A DNA stretch of 64,000 nt. It comes from Anthoceros angustus. Lineage: Eukaryota > Plantae > Anthocerotophyta. Under the pieces are notes generated by a model that saw only the letters and a program-made list of their open reading frames with translations, had not been told where the DNA came from and did no database searches. Shown here in pieces: positions 1 to 12,154 of the stretch. Position numbers and translations under genes: made by a program. Within the stretch, counting starts at the first letter, position 1. Every line of letters begins with the position of its first letter. The stretch covers positions 2,567,478 to 2,631,477 of the forward strand of contig MU008158.1 of assembly GCA_010909165.1 (NCBI GenBank), in the 5' to 3' direction.

Positions 1-18
1 TGTGCTTTTTATCTTGCA

Positions 19-465
19 ATGATCCGTTTGTATGGCTTGGATGAGCAGGGACTTCTGTATTCTCCTCTGGGCCAATTGATGATTCTGCAGCCCGATAACC
101 GACACGCTCCCAGTCATCCGTTGCTTCCTGACGGAAGTGGACTTTACATCATGGCGCAGCCGGATGTAGGAAAATCATGTACAGCCCCACTGTTAGAAGC
201 TCAACGGGCCTTCCTCAATTCCCCTCATCCTCTTGAAATTCTGAGCGATCCTGGTGCTTATGGTCCCGAGGGTGCCATATCTAGAGATCATGATCCTCGC
301 AGCTACGTGAGATCCCTAAAGCACGTGCTTCGCAAAGTACACAAACGCTGGAGGCGCGTCCGCAGGGAACAGCGTCGACAACTTTGGGGGCCTCTGGTTT
401 GCAGAGAGGATTCCCAGAGGCTCCGTTCCAGGCCGGTTGTAGGCACCGTTGTGAACGTATCGTAA
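19..465 (+). CDS. C-terminal exon of a class-3 lipase / phospholipase A1, PLIP1-like
   Basis: Translation LLYSPLGQLMILQPD...HPLLPDGSGLY...GAISRDHDPRSYVRSL...RRVRREQRRQLWGPLV recalls the C-terminus of Arabidopsis PLIP-type lipases (recognised from memory). The exon may begin after the CAG at 46-48. The TAA at 463-465 overlaps a possible GTAAG donor, so the true end is uncertain. Confidence 0.7.
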   Translation: MIRLYGLDEQGLLYSPLGQLMILQPDNRHAPSHPLLPDGSGLYIMAQPDVGKSCTAPLLEAQRAFLNSPHPLEILSDPGAYGPEGAISRDHDPRSYVRSLKHVLRKVHKRWRRVRREQRRQLWGPLVCREDSQRLRSRPVVGTVVNVS

Positions 466-530
466 GTTTGGGGAATTACATTCACACTACATACCTAGTT
501 GTGTATAATATTATTTGTCGATTTCACCGG

Positions 531-1955
531 TGTAGAGGTGTAGTAGAAGAATATATTATAGTCCACTTGGACGGAATTTGGCGTACCTGGTCACTGTCAT
601 AGTAACACCCTTCAGTGCGCAGCTAGTAAGGAAGCGACAAGTGCTGGCTTCCCAGCTAGTAAGGAAGCGACAAGTGCTGGCTTCCCAGCGGTCTAGGACC
701 TCGTCAATTCACTCCACAAGAGACTTGCACAATTCTCAGCGCTCTCAACCTCGCAACATAGCACTAGGCTCCAAGTAGCCCGCCGTCCACTGATGACTCG
801 CAAGCTACCTCCTCGAGGTGCTGCTCTTTATTGCAAGAATACAACGATGGAATCGGCTATCGCCCAGCCCGCTCGCCCTTGATTCCATGACAAGCTCACT
901 AGCTAGCTCTCCACTCTCTCTCACACAAGGCTTTACGGCCTTTGCTGCTCTCTCAAAGAGTGAGTCCCACTTGTTCCTCAAAGCCCTTGCTCTAGCCCTT
1001 ATATATACCCTTAACTAGGCATGTTAAATCTAGGGATTCTTACATACCACTAATCACTAAGAGTCCTCTCTAGGCGGCTCTTCATTTGTGGTAGCAATTC
1101 CTCTCTAACAAGAGATTGCATGAAGCATGCAACACATGCATCTTCTTAACTGACTACTAACTTAGCTTTTACCTTTTTCAACTTTTCACCTTTCTACCTT
1201 GTTTCACGGTCCGTTACTCTCTCCCCAGGAAGATGTCATTGTCCTCAATGACCTCCGATGTAACGAGATCATCCATGATCCTTGTTGCACATCTTCAAGT
1301 GAAACCAGACGATGCATAACCACGAAGCCTTACGGATACTCGGTACATTACCACGCAGACGGTACTTCTCTCTGCCGAATTCAACAATCTCCGAGACCAT
1401 GATTGTGTTGAACGAGGATGACATAATCCTTCCTGTTCATATCTTCATTCTCTTCGAAATCACAAATGGTTTGACAAAGAGACATGAAACACATTATGAG
1501 AGAAGATCCATTCGAAGTAGTTTGTAAGCCACATTTCCAATGCGCTTGAACTACGAAAGGTCCTCCATACTTAGGCCTTAACTTTGAGGTCATTTGTGGT
1601 GGTGGGAAATTCTTCAATTTCACCCACACCTTGTCTCCTACTTGAACTACGCCTCTTGCACATGTACTGAAACTTCTTTTACATCACGAGCCTTGGCCAA
1701 TATCTTCTTAGCAACTTCATGCACGGCCCTTAAGCGCTCAATGAATTCACGTGGTTCTCTTCTTCTTGTCTCAAACACGCTAGCATTCAACATGGAAACT
1801 ACGTCCATTGCTTCGTTACATCATCGAAAGGTGTAGCACGTGGAGCTATGTCTGATGTTATCATAATAAAATTATGCATCCTCAAGATGATTACTCCAGT
1901 CTCGCTGGTCCATCTGTACATAGTGTCGTAAGTATTCTTCTTGGATTAATACGAT
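531..1955 (-). mobile_element. Truncated chromovirus-like Ty3/Gypsy: integrase C-terminus, chromodomain-like tail, PPT and 3' LTR
   Basis: Minus strand gives EEYLRHYVQMDQRDW (~1900-1950) and KLRPKYGGPF (GPY/F motif, ~1560-1590), then a degenerate chromodomain-like stretch. Purine tract GGGGAGAGAG at 1226-1217 is followed by an LTR-like sequence ending ...CTCTACA at 531. Boundaries approximate. Confidence 0.7.
620..689. repeat. 33-bp tandem duplication inside the LTR
   Basis: CAGCTAGTAAGGAAGCGACAAGTGCTGGCTTCC occurs twice (620-652, 653-685). Confidence 0.95.
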
Positions 1956-2505
1956 AAAGTTGCAAGGGGGTGAATATACAGGAAGGGGGTTTTCTGTACA
2001 ATATATGCCAAAGGGGGTTTACAATGGGTTGGGAAACAGTGGTTCACAGGAAATGTAGAATTTTCCACTGAAAAGTAAGGTGTCCACCCGAGGGACGGAT
2101 CGCTTTCATGAGCCCGCTTGTGTGTGTGCATGGTATTAGTAAAGCTAAACACCTCGGAAGTGTCGAAATAGAGCCCATGAACTTCCCCATTCCGGCCGGT
2201 CAATCGTACAAATACTTGGTCATTTTCGAAGATGACACCATGCTGGGCCTAAAACCCTATGCACCATTTCCAGCCGTGGCCTGTGAAACTTGAGAGGGTA
2301 TGAAATGGCATAGAAAGGGTGGTAGAAAACCTCCCTATTTATGCCACCTTCACATTTCTCCGACATGATTCTGTGGGGTGGGCGCCGGCCGGCCGGCGCC
2401 CACTCTGCGGCAGCCGACGTTGTACCCACCCCGGCTTGGATTGATAGTCTCTCCTAATGGCATAAAGGATGGGATTCGGCGCCGCCTAGCCGGTGCCATA
2501 TCACG

Positions 2506-3143
2506 TCATGCCCCACCTACCCAGTGGACCATGATCACCAACTCCAGGCCATCTTCAGTTTCCCACAATGGAGAAGTCGAGTATTGTTTACTCCGAATGA
2601 CAGTTACCTTTCCCCGTCCCACTTTGTCTTCTTGGGTAATTTTGAACTGGTGTTGGAACGAAAGGTTGTTCAACTTCCGTACTGCAGCTTTGTACTTCCG
2701 ACCTCCTTCTCCTGACTGCATCGGCCACACAAATGAACGGAAATCTGCAATCTCCGTCACCACCTTCACTGGGTTCGGTGTATAAAATTTGTTCTCAAAA
2801 TGTCCTGCATAGTTGGTAGGGTTCTAGCCTCTTTGTGTTTCAGATGTTTCGAGAAACAAGAAAACATTTGGTCGACTTGATCGTGTGTATGCCCAACAAG
2901 AAGAATCCCAACCTTCACCTTCTCAAACGTTCCCAGGTCGACGAGCATGTTGAGGTAAGCAAAGAGCAGCTGATTCTTGTTCTCCCTGCATGTGTTGTTC
3001 AGCTGCAAATATAAAACTTTAGGAAGCAACCCTTCATAAGTGAGGATCACATCATGTATAATAGAAATCGTCAAATTTGCATCATTCCTCAAATTTGCAT
3101 AGTGGAGATACGCCCTCGCCTTGAATGTGTAATTATGAATCAT
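2506..3143 (-). pseudogene. Probable DNA-transposase remnant (GHTHxxxDQxFS type, DUF7869-like)
   Basis: ORF 2766-3143 has LYLQLNNTCRENKNQ and LLVGHTHDQVDQMFS. After a frameshift it continues in ORF 2506-2769 (EIADFRSF...LSFQHQFKI...KQYSTSPLW). Family assignment from memory of the motif. Confidence 0.55.
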
Positions 3144-3909
3144 GCGTCCCTACCAAATCTTGGCCCTAATAGACTTGCATAGCCAGTGCTGCCATTTTGC
3201 AAACCATAAAAACGACATCTTTGGGAATCTCGAGCTTTGAGGTGCTGTGATCCATGGTAGACACGTTCATGTTTTATGGCCAAAAAGTTCGCATCCCCCC
3301 AACGTGCGCAGGGAACTTCCCTCAAAGCGTTCAGCACCATAGACCATGTAAAAAACAATTGCGAGGGCCAAAACGCACGTCGAAAGGCTCAGTTTGAGTC
3401 GGTTTGGCATTGTGGGGTTAATTTTGCCTTGACGACGAAACCGAAGAAGGTGGAACGAAACTGAAAATCCAGAAGACAAGTAGGAACCATCCTAGAACAA
3501 AAAAAAATAGAACGAAACTGGAAATCCGTTACGGAGCATAGATCAACCGCCCACCAAATTGTGGTGCAATTTACCCACTATGGCGCAGCTTACTCACCGA
3601 AATGTAGTGCAATTCACAGAAAACGAGTCCAAGAACGTCCTAAATAGAAAAACTCAAAAAATCAAGTAATAAGGATCCATAGATCCATAATAGAGCGCGA
3701 TGTAATGCATGGGACTCACCCATAAAGAACATCTACAAATGTACCTATGTATGTCTTGTAACGGGTGAAGCCCAGTAATAGTACACCCCAGACCTTTTCA
3801 TAATTCGATCATAATCCATTCTAGGAGTAAACAAGCGATGTCCCTGTGATATCACGACCTGGTTATACTTATGCACATGCAACTTGACATGTGCCTCACA
3901 ATCAAAATT

Positions 3910-6900
3910 CTACTTACTGTTGGAAAGCTTGTCTGCAGAGTTATCAGCGGACAAAGAATCAGAGGGCCGGATCATATGGTTTGGATGACAGGGCCTGTCC
4001 CATATCTTCACATGACCTTCATGACAAGCCGTCAATATTGCTTCTTTAGTAAAGAGTAGGCCTGATAGAGGTTCTGCGTGGACACGGTGTGCCATCACTG
4101 GAGAAAGTTTTGGCACTTCCTTACGAACAGGTGCCGGGTGTAGGTACCCAGCACCTTGTGAGCTGTCCCAGTTCCCAGTCTTCAATGTCGGCGATGATGC
4201 AGAAGGTGCTAACCTTCTCAACGGCATGACCACTTCATCCATAGCCAAGTCCCACAAGAGCAACTGCGCGTCCTGCATGAGACACCAGCAAATTCCCTTG
4301 CATCAGACATCATTCCATGCTACGGCACCGACACATGATGCGGCCCATCCAGCCAACATTCCTTACAACTAAACGGCAATAGCAGTGGCTAACGTACCTG
4401 CCCCACAGACCCAAAGCGATATGTCACACCATCCCCCGAGTCATCTGAAGGAGGTGACGTCCAGAAGGAATCAAAAGCTACACCGCTAACCTGTTCCAGC
4501 CATTAAAGTGTTTGTTAACTAGCGGTGAACAAGAACAGTGCACGGTCATGAGAACGGAATCCGACCTCGAGAACTTATACTGGAAGCCAGAAGCGTCTTT
4601 TTTCCCCGACTGACCAACACAAAGACTCCACAATGCATCCCACCAGACCAGCTACCTACTGCCCAACATATTGCTCCATGCCTTGAGACATTGTCAGACT
4701 CTTGTTTGAGAGAGAGAAGGTTAACGCACCCAGGAATTATGCCCTTCCCCCCAAGCAACAATTGCCTGATCCTCCATACTCCAGACCTGCACCAGATCGT
4801 CTTCTCCTCCTGTCAAGACATACTTGCCATCCGGGCTTCGATACACAACAAAGGTTACGTAAGACAAATGAAGTGTACAAGTTTACTTCATATTCATCGA
4901 GTGAGAAACCTCCCACAATGGTGCTCACTATAGAATGATCTGAACTTTATTCAAGAACGACAACCAGCCACAAACCCTAAAATCTGCACATACCTCCAGG
5001 CACAGCATAGCAGTGCACCAAAATAGCCTTTGCAGCCACAGGCGAGTACTTCCTTTGAGTACTCAAAGATGCGCAGGTAACCTACAGGGCATTTAGAATA
5101 GTCAAAGTAAGTGTACAAATGCTTGTCTAGAACAAGAATCACTGAACCTGAATTCCTCTAGACACTGTTGAAAATTTTCAGCATCCAAATCTCTATGGAA
5201 TGAATATGCAGTAACGAGCTCAAAATGATCACTTGATGAGTTCGAGCACCTCAAATACAAGACTTGACAAAATAGACGGCACAAGCGGTTAGAAATTACT
5301 AGCAAAGGCAGCCAAGTAGCTGCACGATAGATGACTCACCATCCCTTCCCACCGTGGCCATAAACAATCCATCTGCTGAGAACGCGATTCCATTTATTGC
5401 GCCTTGGCATATGTGCCATCTAGCAATTGGATTGCTCTGCAGGAGGCTCCAGCTACATGAGCATCTTGAACACAATGAGGGACAAGAAAGATATGGAGCC
5501 ACATTCTACAACAAAAGGCTGTGAGTGATGATCTGAAATAGCAGAAGTCATGGTTCAGACGACACGAGCTTTGTTGGCACCTTGCTTGACCTAGCGTGGG
5601 CAAAAGTGAATTGAGCCGGATCCTTAATAGGCGGAAAACTCACGTCTCCACTGCCATCTTTGCTCTGAGAGACCCATGACTGAAGTTAGCAAAGTTGCAA
5701 ACCTGCACAGACGGAGCAAGAAGAAAGCTGTGCCATTCACATCAAAGGAACTCATGAGATTCTATAAGCATTGCTGTGACACTGCCAAACCCTAAGATAA
5801 GAAGGACTTACCTTGTCATACACATAGAGATTCCCATCTGCATGTGCAGCAACAAAAATGCCATCTGTACGAGGAACCCAGGAAACTGATGTGCATCGAC
5901 TGCGACCAGTAGACGACAATCAGAATGGCGCAAGAGAGGACGTGCGCTGAAAAGCTTAGAAACAGACATGCAGTAGCGTAAGAATGATCCTTAAGAAAAC
6001 CACACGGCTAGGTCAAAACAAAAATCAAACACCTGTTGTTAATTGCCCCGTCCTTGTTGTAGTGTGTCGCTCCTACAAGCTTCTTTCCAGAATCCTGCAG
6101 CTGCTGCCTCAGCGATGCAGAGTAGACTGCACATCGACGCATGCAATGTTGTAGCGCGAAATACATCACGACAAAGCGAGCAGCAGACGAAGCAGCCACT
6201 CACCATCTCCCGAACTCAAACCGATGAGCAAATCGTGGCCATCCTTAGCGTCAGCATCGAAACTGTGACAAATTGGATTCGCCCCGTTGAACTGTATACA
6301 CTTCACCGGGTCCTGCGACAACAGATCTCAAAGACGTGAGCCCGCGGGCACGGCATACAGCCAGCAACAGGGAACGAAGCAGTTCTCCTCCTTCCTTCCG
6401 TCCTTGCCTTGTCCTGAGAGCTGACATCACTGATGAAGAGCGCATCGCTGACGTTGAAAATGAGGTAAGTACCCTCGCCATCGAAAGCAGGAACAGCAGG
6501 GCCGCCGTTGACGGCGCCCGGCAGCAGAGGAGCGGATGTCTTGGCACTGCCGCTTATCCTGGAATAACCATTCCCTCCTCCAAAGCCCAGAGTCCTGCTC
6601 CCGTTCCCAGCCCCAAGCAATCTAGCAGCTGTGAAGCGACTCCCGGTGCCGGTGCCGCTGGAGCTGTTGCTCCCGGTGGAGGAGGGCCCGGCAGGCTTGC
6701 CTTTGAGGTGCGCTAGTGTGACCTGGTGCCAGCAGCGGCAGGACGAGGTGAGCGCAAGCCATAGCAGCATCCAAATCCCGCCCAAGATGCAAACGTACCA
6801 GAGTCACCGCCTTGCTGTGGCTGTAGTGCAGCAGGCCGGCGGGATGCGTCTTCTCGTGCGTCAAGCTGTAGCGGCCCTCGGGCGTCTTGAAATGGGTGCG

Positions 6901-6933
6901 CACCGCGGAGGATTGCGAGTGCGGGGTAGCCAT
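3910..6933 (-). CDS. WDR20: WD40-repeat protein, WDR20/DMWD/CreC family; exons 6933-6799, 6722-6408, 6312-6204, 6126-6033, 5899-5812, 5664-5581, 5436-5340, 5081-4994, 4835-4730, 4490-4398, 4272-3910
   Basis: Manual splicing gives an uninterrupted 1572-nt frame (523 aa) with [92 protein letters not shown]. All introns are GT-AG except intron 2 (GC-AG). Confidence 0.95.
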
Positions 6934-7127
6934 GCCCGTCAATTACAGCGCAGCCGATGCTTCATCCTTGTGCCTCGTGCCCCGTAGAGCATCACGTTCG
7001 CTCTTGTATGCTCTGTGCTTCCCCGGGACTGTTTGCTCCGAAATGGACACCGCTAAAGTATGCTTGCTTCCAACCTCGACCATCAAGGTTATTTGTACAT
7101 ACATTACCCACCTCCCCCGGTAGTCAC

Positions 7128-7383
7128 GGGTATGTGTCTATATCACATGGGGTATGTGCCTAATTATTCCACCACCTAACTTCCACACTGTACCCAGACG
7201 TTTTATTCATGAGGATATTGAACATATTTATATTATGATGGAGCTATGTACCAATGGGTATGTGTCTATATCACATGGGGTATGTGCCTAATTATTCCAC
7301 CACCTAACTTCCACACTGTACCCAGACGTTTTATTCATGAGGATATTGAACATATTTATATTATGATGGAGCTATGTACCAAT
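7128..7383. repeat. 128-bp tandem duplication, followed by a 16-bp duplication
   Basis: 7128-7255 is repeated at 7256-7383; AATGGTACACTAAAGG is repeated at 7381-7412. Confidence 0.95.
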
Positions 7384-7740
7384 GGTACACTAAAGGAATG
7401 GTACACTAAAGGATGAACTAAAAAAAGGGAGCTTATTGTGAAAAGGATGCAAAAATACTTATGTTTAACCTAATGGAGGCAATCAATTTTTGCCACAGGT
7501 ATAATGTTATGCATCGCGATTTGAAACCGGCTAATATACTATTACTTAGCCGTCTCAAAGTCATACTAGCATACTTTGGTTTATGCTCCATGTCTCCAAA
7601 ACGAACATGAATTATTGCATGAGCTGCAGAACCCCATGTTACATGGAGGTATTGGAGTCGGACGATGTAAACATAAGCTATACTTCAAAAGCCGATATTT
7701 GGAGCGCAGGAGTCATTTTGTATGAAGTTTTAACCGAAAT
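7330..7740 (+). pseudogene. Intronless, AT-rich Ser/Thr kinase pseudogene (CAMK/CDPK-like)
   Basis: HEDIEHIYIMMELCTNGTLK; KKGAYCEKDAKILM...FCHRYNVMHRDLKPANILL (HRDLKPAN 7512-7535); DFG mutated to YFG (7572-7580); TPCYMEVL; KADIWSAGVILYEVLT. Broken by frameshifts and stops. Confidence 0.85.
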
Positions 7741-9285
7741 CGTCCTTATATAGGATATGAGTTCGACACGTAAAAAGAAGAATGGATAACTCAATTGGAC
7801 CTAGATGAGTGGCCCAACATGTCACAGTGAAAGATCTACTACACTCAATGTTACATTTAGAACAAGAGTGTAGACCGGATCTTGAAGTTCTAAACCATTC
7901 TTGGTTTTGCTCGCTATCTTATATATGAAAGATAGTAATTTTATTATATAAGAACTTTTATTTGTATTATATATTTTAATATAATGATTTTTATTTTAAC
8001 TTTATTCATAATTTCATTAAACCACTCTTGATTGCCTCTTTCTTGTGAGAAAGTCTTCAAGCCATGCAAGCGGCTCATGAAATTGATGTAGTGAAGCGAT
8101 TGGAGTATATCGCTATGTGTTTAGCCTTGAGGTCTTTGTGGTCATTGTCATAGCATGGCATAATAGCATCGGACAATTTCTTCTTCTATAGCTACATATT
8201 ATAGTTACTAAATCGCATGTTAGAATCTTGGGTTTAACGATTCTGCAGCTCTAAGCGGGCTCAACGTGCTTGGGGCGACCACACCAAGGGTGTGCGAATG
8301 TTTTGAATCATGAGCGAGCAACGTGGCACGAGGCAGTGTGAAGATGGCGGCGAGAAGGAAAATTGGCATTTAGGGGCGGAAACGGCTATTGTTGAAGTCC
8401 CACCTTGCCACACGGAGAGAACTCCACTGCGGGGCAATGGACACCCGTTGCACGAAGAAGCCATCACACAAGAAAAGGGGGCGGTAGGCTTTAGCACAGC
8501 CTTGATGAACTGGAGAAATCCTTGCCCATGGCCCCGTGAGTCTCGCAAGGGGATGAAGGCGTGGCCCTTCTTGCATGGGCGAGTACTTGTGAGCGTTCGT
8601 TGTCGCGCATCTCCGCCACCCAACCTGGAGGGTTGATGATGGCGTGCTTGCCGGTGTCCGGGCAAGGTGCTTACGGCCACATCGAACGGTCCCCTCGGCC
8701 GTCGAGAACATGGCGTCGCGGACGGCGTGATGCGTGTAATGCGCCGCCGTGGAAGCGAGGGCTACGCGACAGTCTAAAGAGAGCAGCCAAAGGTTGGACC
8801 AAACCAGTGAACTCATCGGTAGAAAAAAGAAGCCGGTCGACTAAAATACCTTGATGCAAGGTCGGGCTAGAAGCCATGAACTGCTCCTTCCCGAAAGAGC
8901 GGAGGCGAGCTCTGGTCAAGGAATGGAGGAATCGAGGAGCAAAGCCCAGCGTGCCCAAGTTTCTTCCTCATGGAGGCCAAAGCCCCACGCATGGGAGAGC
9001 AGACGCGGCATGACCGCCTAGCCTCGGAGGATAGGACACCCCTAGCCAATCTTAAGGACAAGCATGCAGGAAGGCGCCTCCTCGACGCCGAGACGAAGGC
9101 CTTGAAGATGCGGTAATCCCGGATTAGGAAATGGGAGGCCTAGATGCGGGTTGAGAGGACCAGCTGTCGTGCGGATGCCTTGCGGCGCACTCTAAGGGCC
9201 GCTCTTGCGAGGTAAGCAATTCATTCGTGAGCACTTCCTCAACGGACAACCAAGCAAAACAAGTCTAATATGCAATATACCAATT

Positions 9286-9682
9286 TGTAACACTAGGAGA
9301 GAGTAGCTTGCGTTGTGGTTTTCCTCTCCACGAGAACAACACGCAAATTCTTGGCACTCTCTGGAGTGATAGCTTTGGCCTCCTCAAACTCTCTTGCATT
9401 GCATATGTAGAGGACAAGTTATGATGTGAGCTTGTCCTTTGTGAAAGGGTCTATAGATATACTAGCTTGGCATTGGCATATTCTAAGATATCCTATTGGC
9501 ATCGGATATGGAAATATCCAAAGAATACATATGCAAGGAATATGCTAAAGCATATAACTTGTGTTTATCCACTTAGTTATTGCTAACCGTGTTTAATTAA
9601 CGATGTCGATGCTTAATTAACATAACCTTATATTAATTAATTAATACTAATTAACTTAATGATAAGTCATTAGATTAACTCA
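9286..9682 (-). mobile_element. LTR-like fragment (~400 bp)
   Basis: AT-richer block bounded by TG...CA. On the minus strand it is followed by AATTGGTAT, resembling a degenerate tRNA-iMet PBS. No TSD or partner LTR found. Confidence 0.35.
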
Positions 9683-10080
9683 TGGTGGGAGCGGTCATCA
9701 AAAAAACACCTCGCCTGGGCCAGCCTCGAACCAGAGGCCCTCCATCCTCTTGTGCCCGAACTTGGCTCCTCCTGGCAGACTGGACTCCGTGCCGCCTCGC
9801 CAGAGGGGCCGAATGTCCATCCGGACTGACATGGGAGGTGCACGGCTAGCCATGCTGAGGCGTGTGCCACTGTTGTCCTGTGAGGTTGGGGAGGGTTCAT
9901 CCCCAGACCAATGGAAAGGAGGGGACCCCGGAACCGGCGTGGCTGGGGACGTGAGTGAGAGGGTGTGTGCGTGTGATAGCGCTCATGACAAGGGACCATG
10001 TGCCATGCTAATCAAGAGCAATTGTACTCACACAGTTAAGACAAAGCGTGACATCGCTAATAACAAAAGCGGTCGACAAG

Positions 10081-10505
10081 AAAACTGGGAGTCGCCCTTA
10101 TCCGGGACACAAACCCGCCACTGTCCCTTTACCAAAGCTTCCGAAGAACCCCTTGGGATCCGATGGCTGCTCAATCGAACAAACATCGACAATCCTGCCT
10201 TTCTACGTGACCTATGCCCCTTTTATCTACCTACGCACTTGGCGTTTTGTTGAACGCCGCCCGTGATCGGGCGCGTGACGCCAACCCAAATCGTGCATCA
10301 TTGCCCGCCGGCCGCTTGGGCAATAATGCGCGCCGTGACTCACAATCGTGCTCCCTTGATGCCCGGCCGTCTTCCACACCATTCACATATACACCATATA
10401 TCGCACATGACATACATGCTCACAAGAACACATACCATGCCGACCATGCGCATGGTGCACATACACATTAATCCCGGACATCCGTAGATGCTCCACGCCG
10501 TCATG
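10081..10505. repeat. Terminal repeat copy (A2 / LTR body) of the DNMT-Gypsy
   Basis: Aligns by eye with 18282-18757 (e.g. CCTTATCCxGGACACAAACC, TGCTCAATCGAACAAACATC, TCTACCTACGCACTTGGCG, AGAACACATACCATGCCGACCAT). Confidence 0.9.
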
Positions 10506-12154
10506 CGATACCGCGTGGTGGCATAAGCGCTCATGACAAGGGGCCATGTGCCATGCTAATCAAGAGAAATTGCACTACAACCCGATTAAGATAAAGCGTA
10601 TTACTGGCTAACAAAGCAGGCCGACAGCCGCCGCCAAAGAGCCCACGGTATTCGCTTTGGAGCAGCACTTTGCATTCAAATCCTATAGAACCTACGATAA
10701 AATCTTGAAACATGCTATCGCGTCGGGGTTCAAGGTCGCTCATGCTCCGACCCATACAACAAGGCGGCCACCCGCCTTTCTTGAGATCAAAGTACTCGTC
10801 ACATGCCTTTCCCGATCGCCGCTTCTAGCTCGATGACGAGCCATCGCCTCTCTTCTTCGCCACCGCCGAGTCTTTACCGCAAGACCGGTCCATTCAACCC
10901 ATTCAGTAGTATTGTTTTCAATACACCGAGCACGCAAATCGCCAACATTGTTATTTTAACAAGCATTTCGGTTCATCCCATTCCGAATCCCCGTCGTAGA
11001 CATGTAAAGTAGATAAAAGGCCCTTGGGTAGCCAATGGCATACGCCCGCTTTCTCCGATGCAAGTGGGTGAGCCACACTTTCAAGCTGCGAAATCGGCAG
11101 GTTTCTCTCGTTGTAAATAATCCTTCTTGAGGCCGGTGATCAAAACACGGTGCATGAAGAGGTGATGCTCCAACTTTCAAACGCTCCCTCACGAATCGGG
11201 TCCGGACAAATGTTTGTCTATTCATACCGCCTGCAAGCTCAAACAAATCGTGATCATACGGGAAGTTCTCGATGTTACATGTCTCATGATGAGACTCCAC
11301 ATATAGCAAAACGCTTGTAGCTCAAGAATGTTTCGGCCTCCGGTTTTCTGGATTGTATTTGCGGACCAAAGGAACCCGCCACTTGTCCTCCCAAGGACAT
11401 TCAGGAAATTGAGGAACACTATGCTGCAGTCTTCGAAAGCAGGTTTTGCAGGTGTAATCCGCCTCTGGATCCATAACAAGCCAACTATCCTTACGAAGGT
11501 AGGCTGGTCATTGCATGCCCCAAACCTAGCAGACTCTAGCAAGCGTGCCCCTCTTGGCAATCGGTGACCGCATGAGTCAATTTCCTTAGCGCAAAGCAAA
11601 CGAACCACGCTGCGGCAATGAATGTCGGCCGGCACCATGGCGCCTTCACAACTCTTCACCTGTCGGGACCCTTCCACGCTCTCACCGTTAGCTAGGCCTT
11701 CACGCTCGCCACGCCGATCCTTGAGATGCGCAGACACAACGCGGACATCGCGGCCGCGGAAACATTGCACCAATCGATGCTTGCGCGCCTTTACCCTTTT
11801 TCGCTAGCTTGCTGCTCCTTCGCAGGATCGGTGGATGCGCCTTGTTGGCAGCTACGGCCCCTGAGTTGTGCAATCCTCAGTTGGTTTTGACCGGCCGCCA
11901 TGCTTCTTCGCCCCAAGACCTTTTGCCACTCCACCGCATTTGTCCCTTTACCACCCACACACGGCCCGAGACCCACTTTAGACAAGGAGCTGGTTCTTCA
12001 ACAAATCTCACCCTCGTGTCATCCGCTTGATCACCCTTCACTCTCCACAGCAGCGCGCCAGACAACGACGGGCTTTTGTGGGTAACCCTAATTTCTTGTG
12101 GCGGAGCCCGACTCTCGGGCGGGTGACATGGAGCTCCCAGCTCGAGAATAAAAG

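Noticed and set aside
10900-11800. N6-adenine methyltransferase, env or tyrosine recombinase in the extra ORF of the DNMT-Gypsy
   Set aside because: I translated the region looking for [DNS]PP[YF], FxGxG, transmembrane or HxxR motifs and found none convincing.
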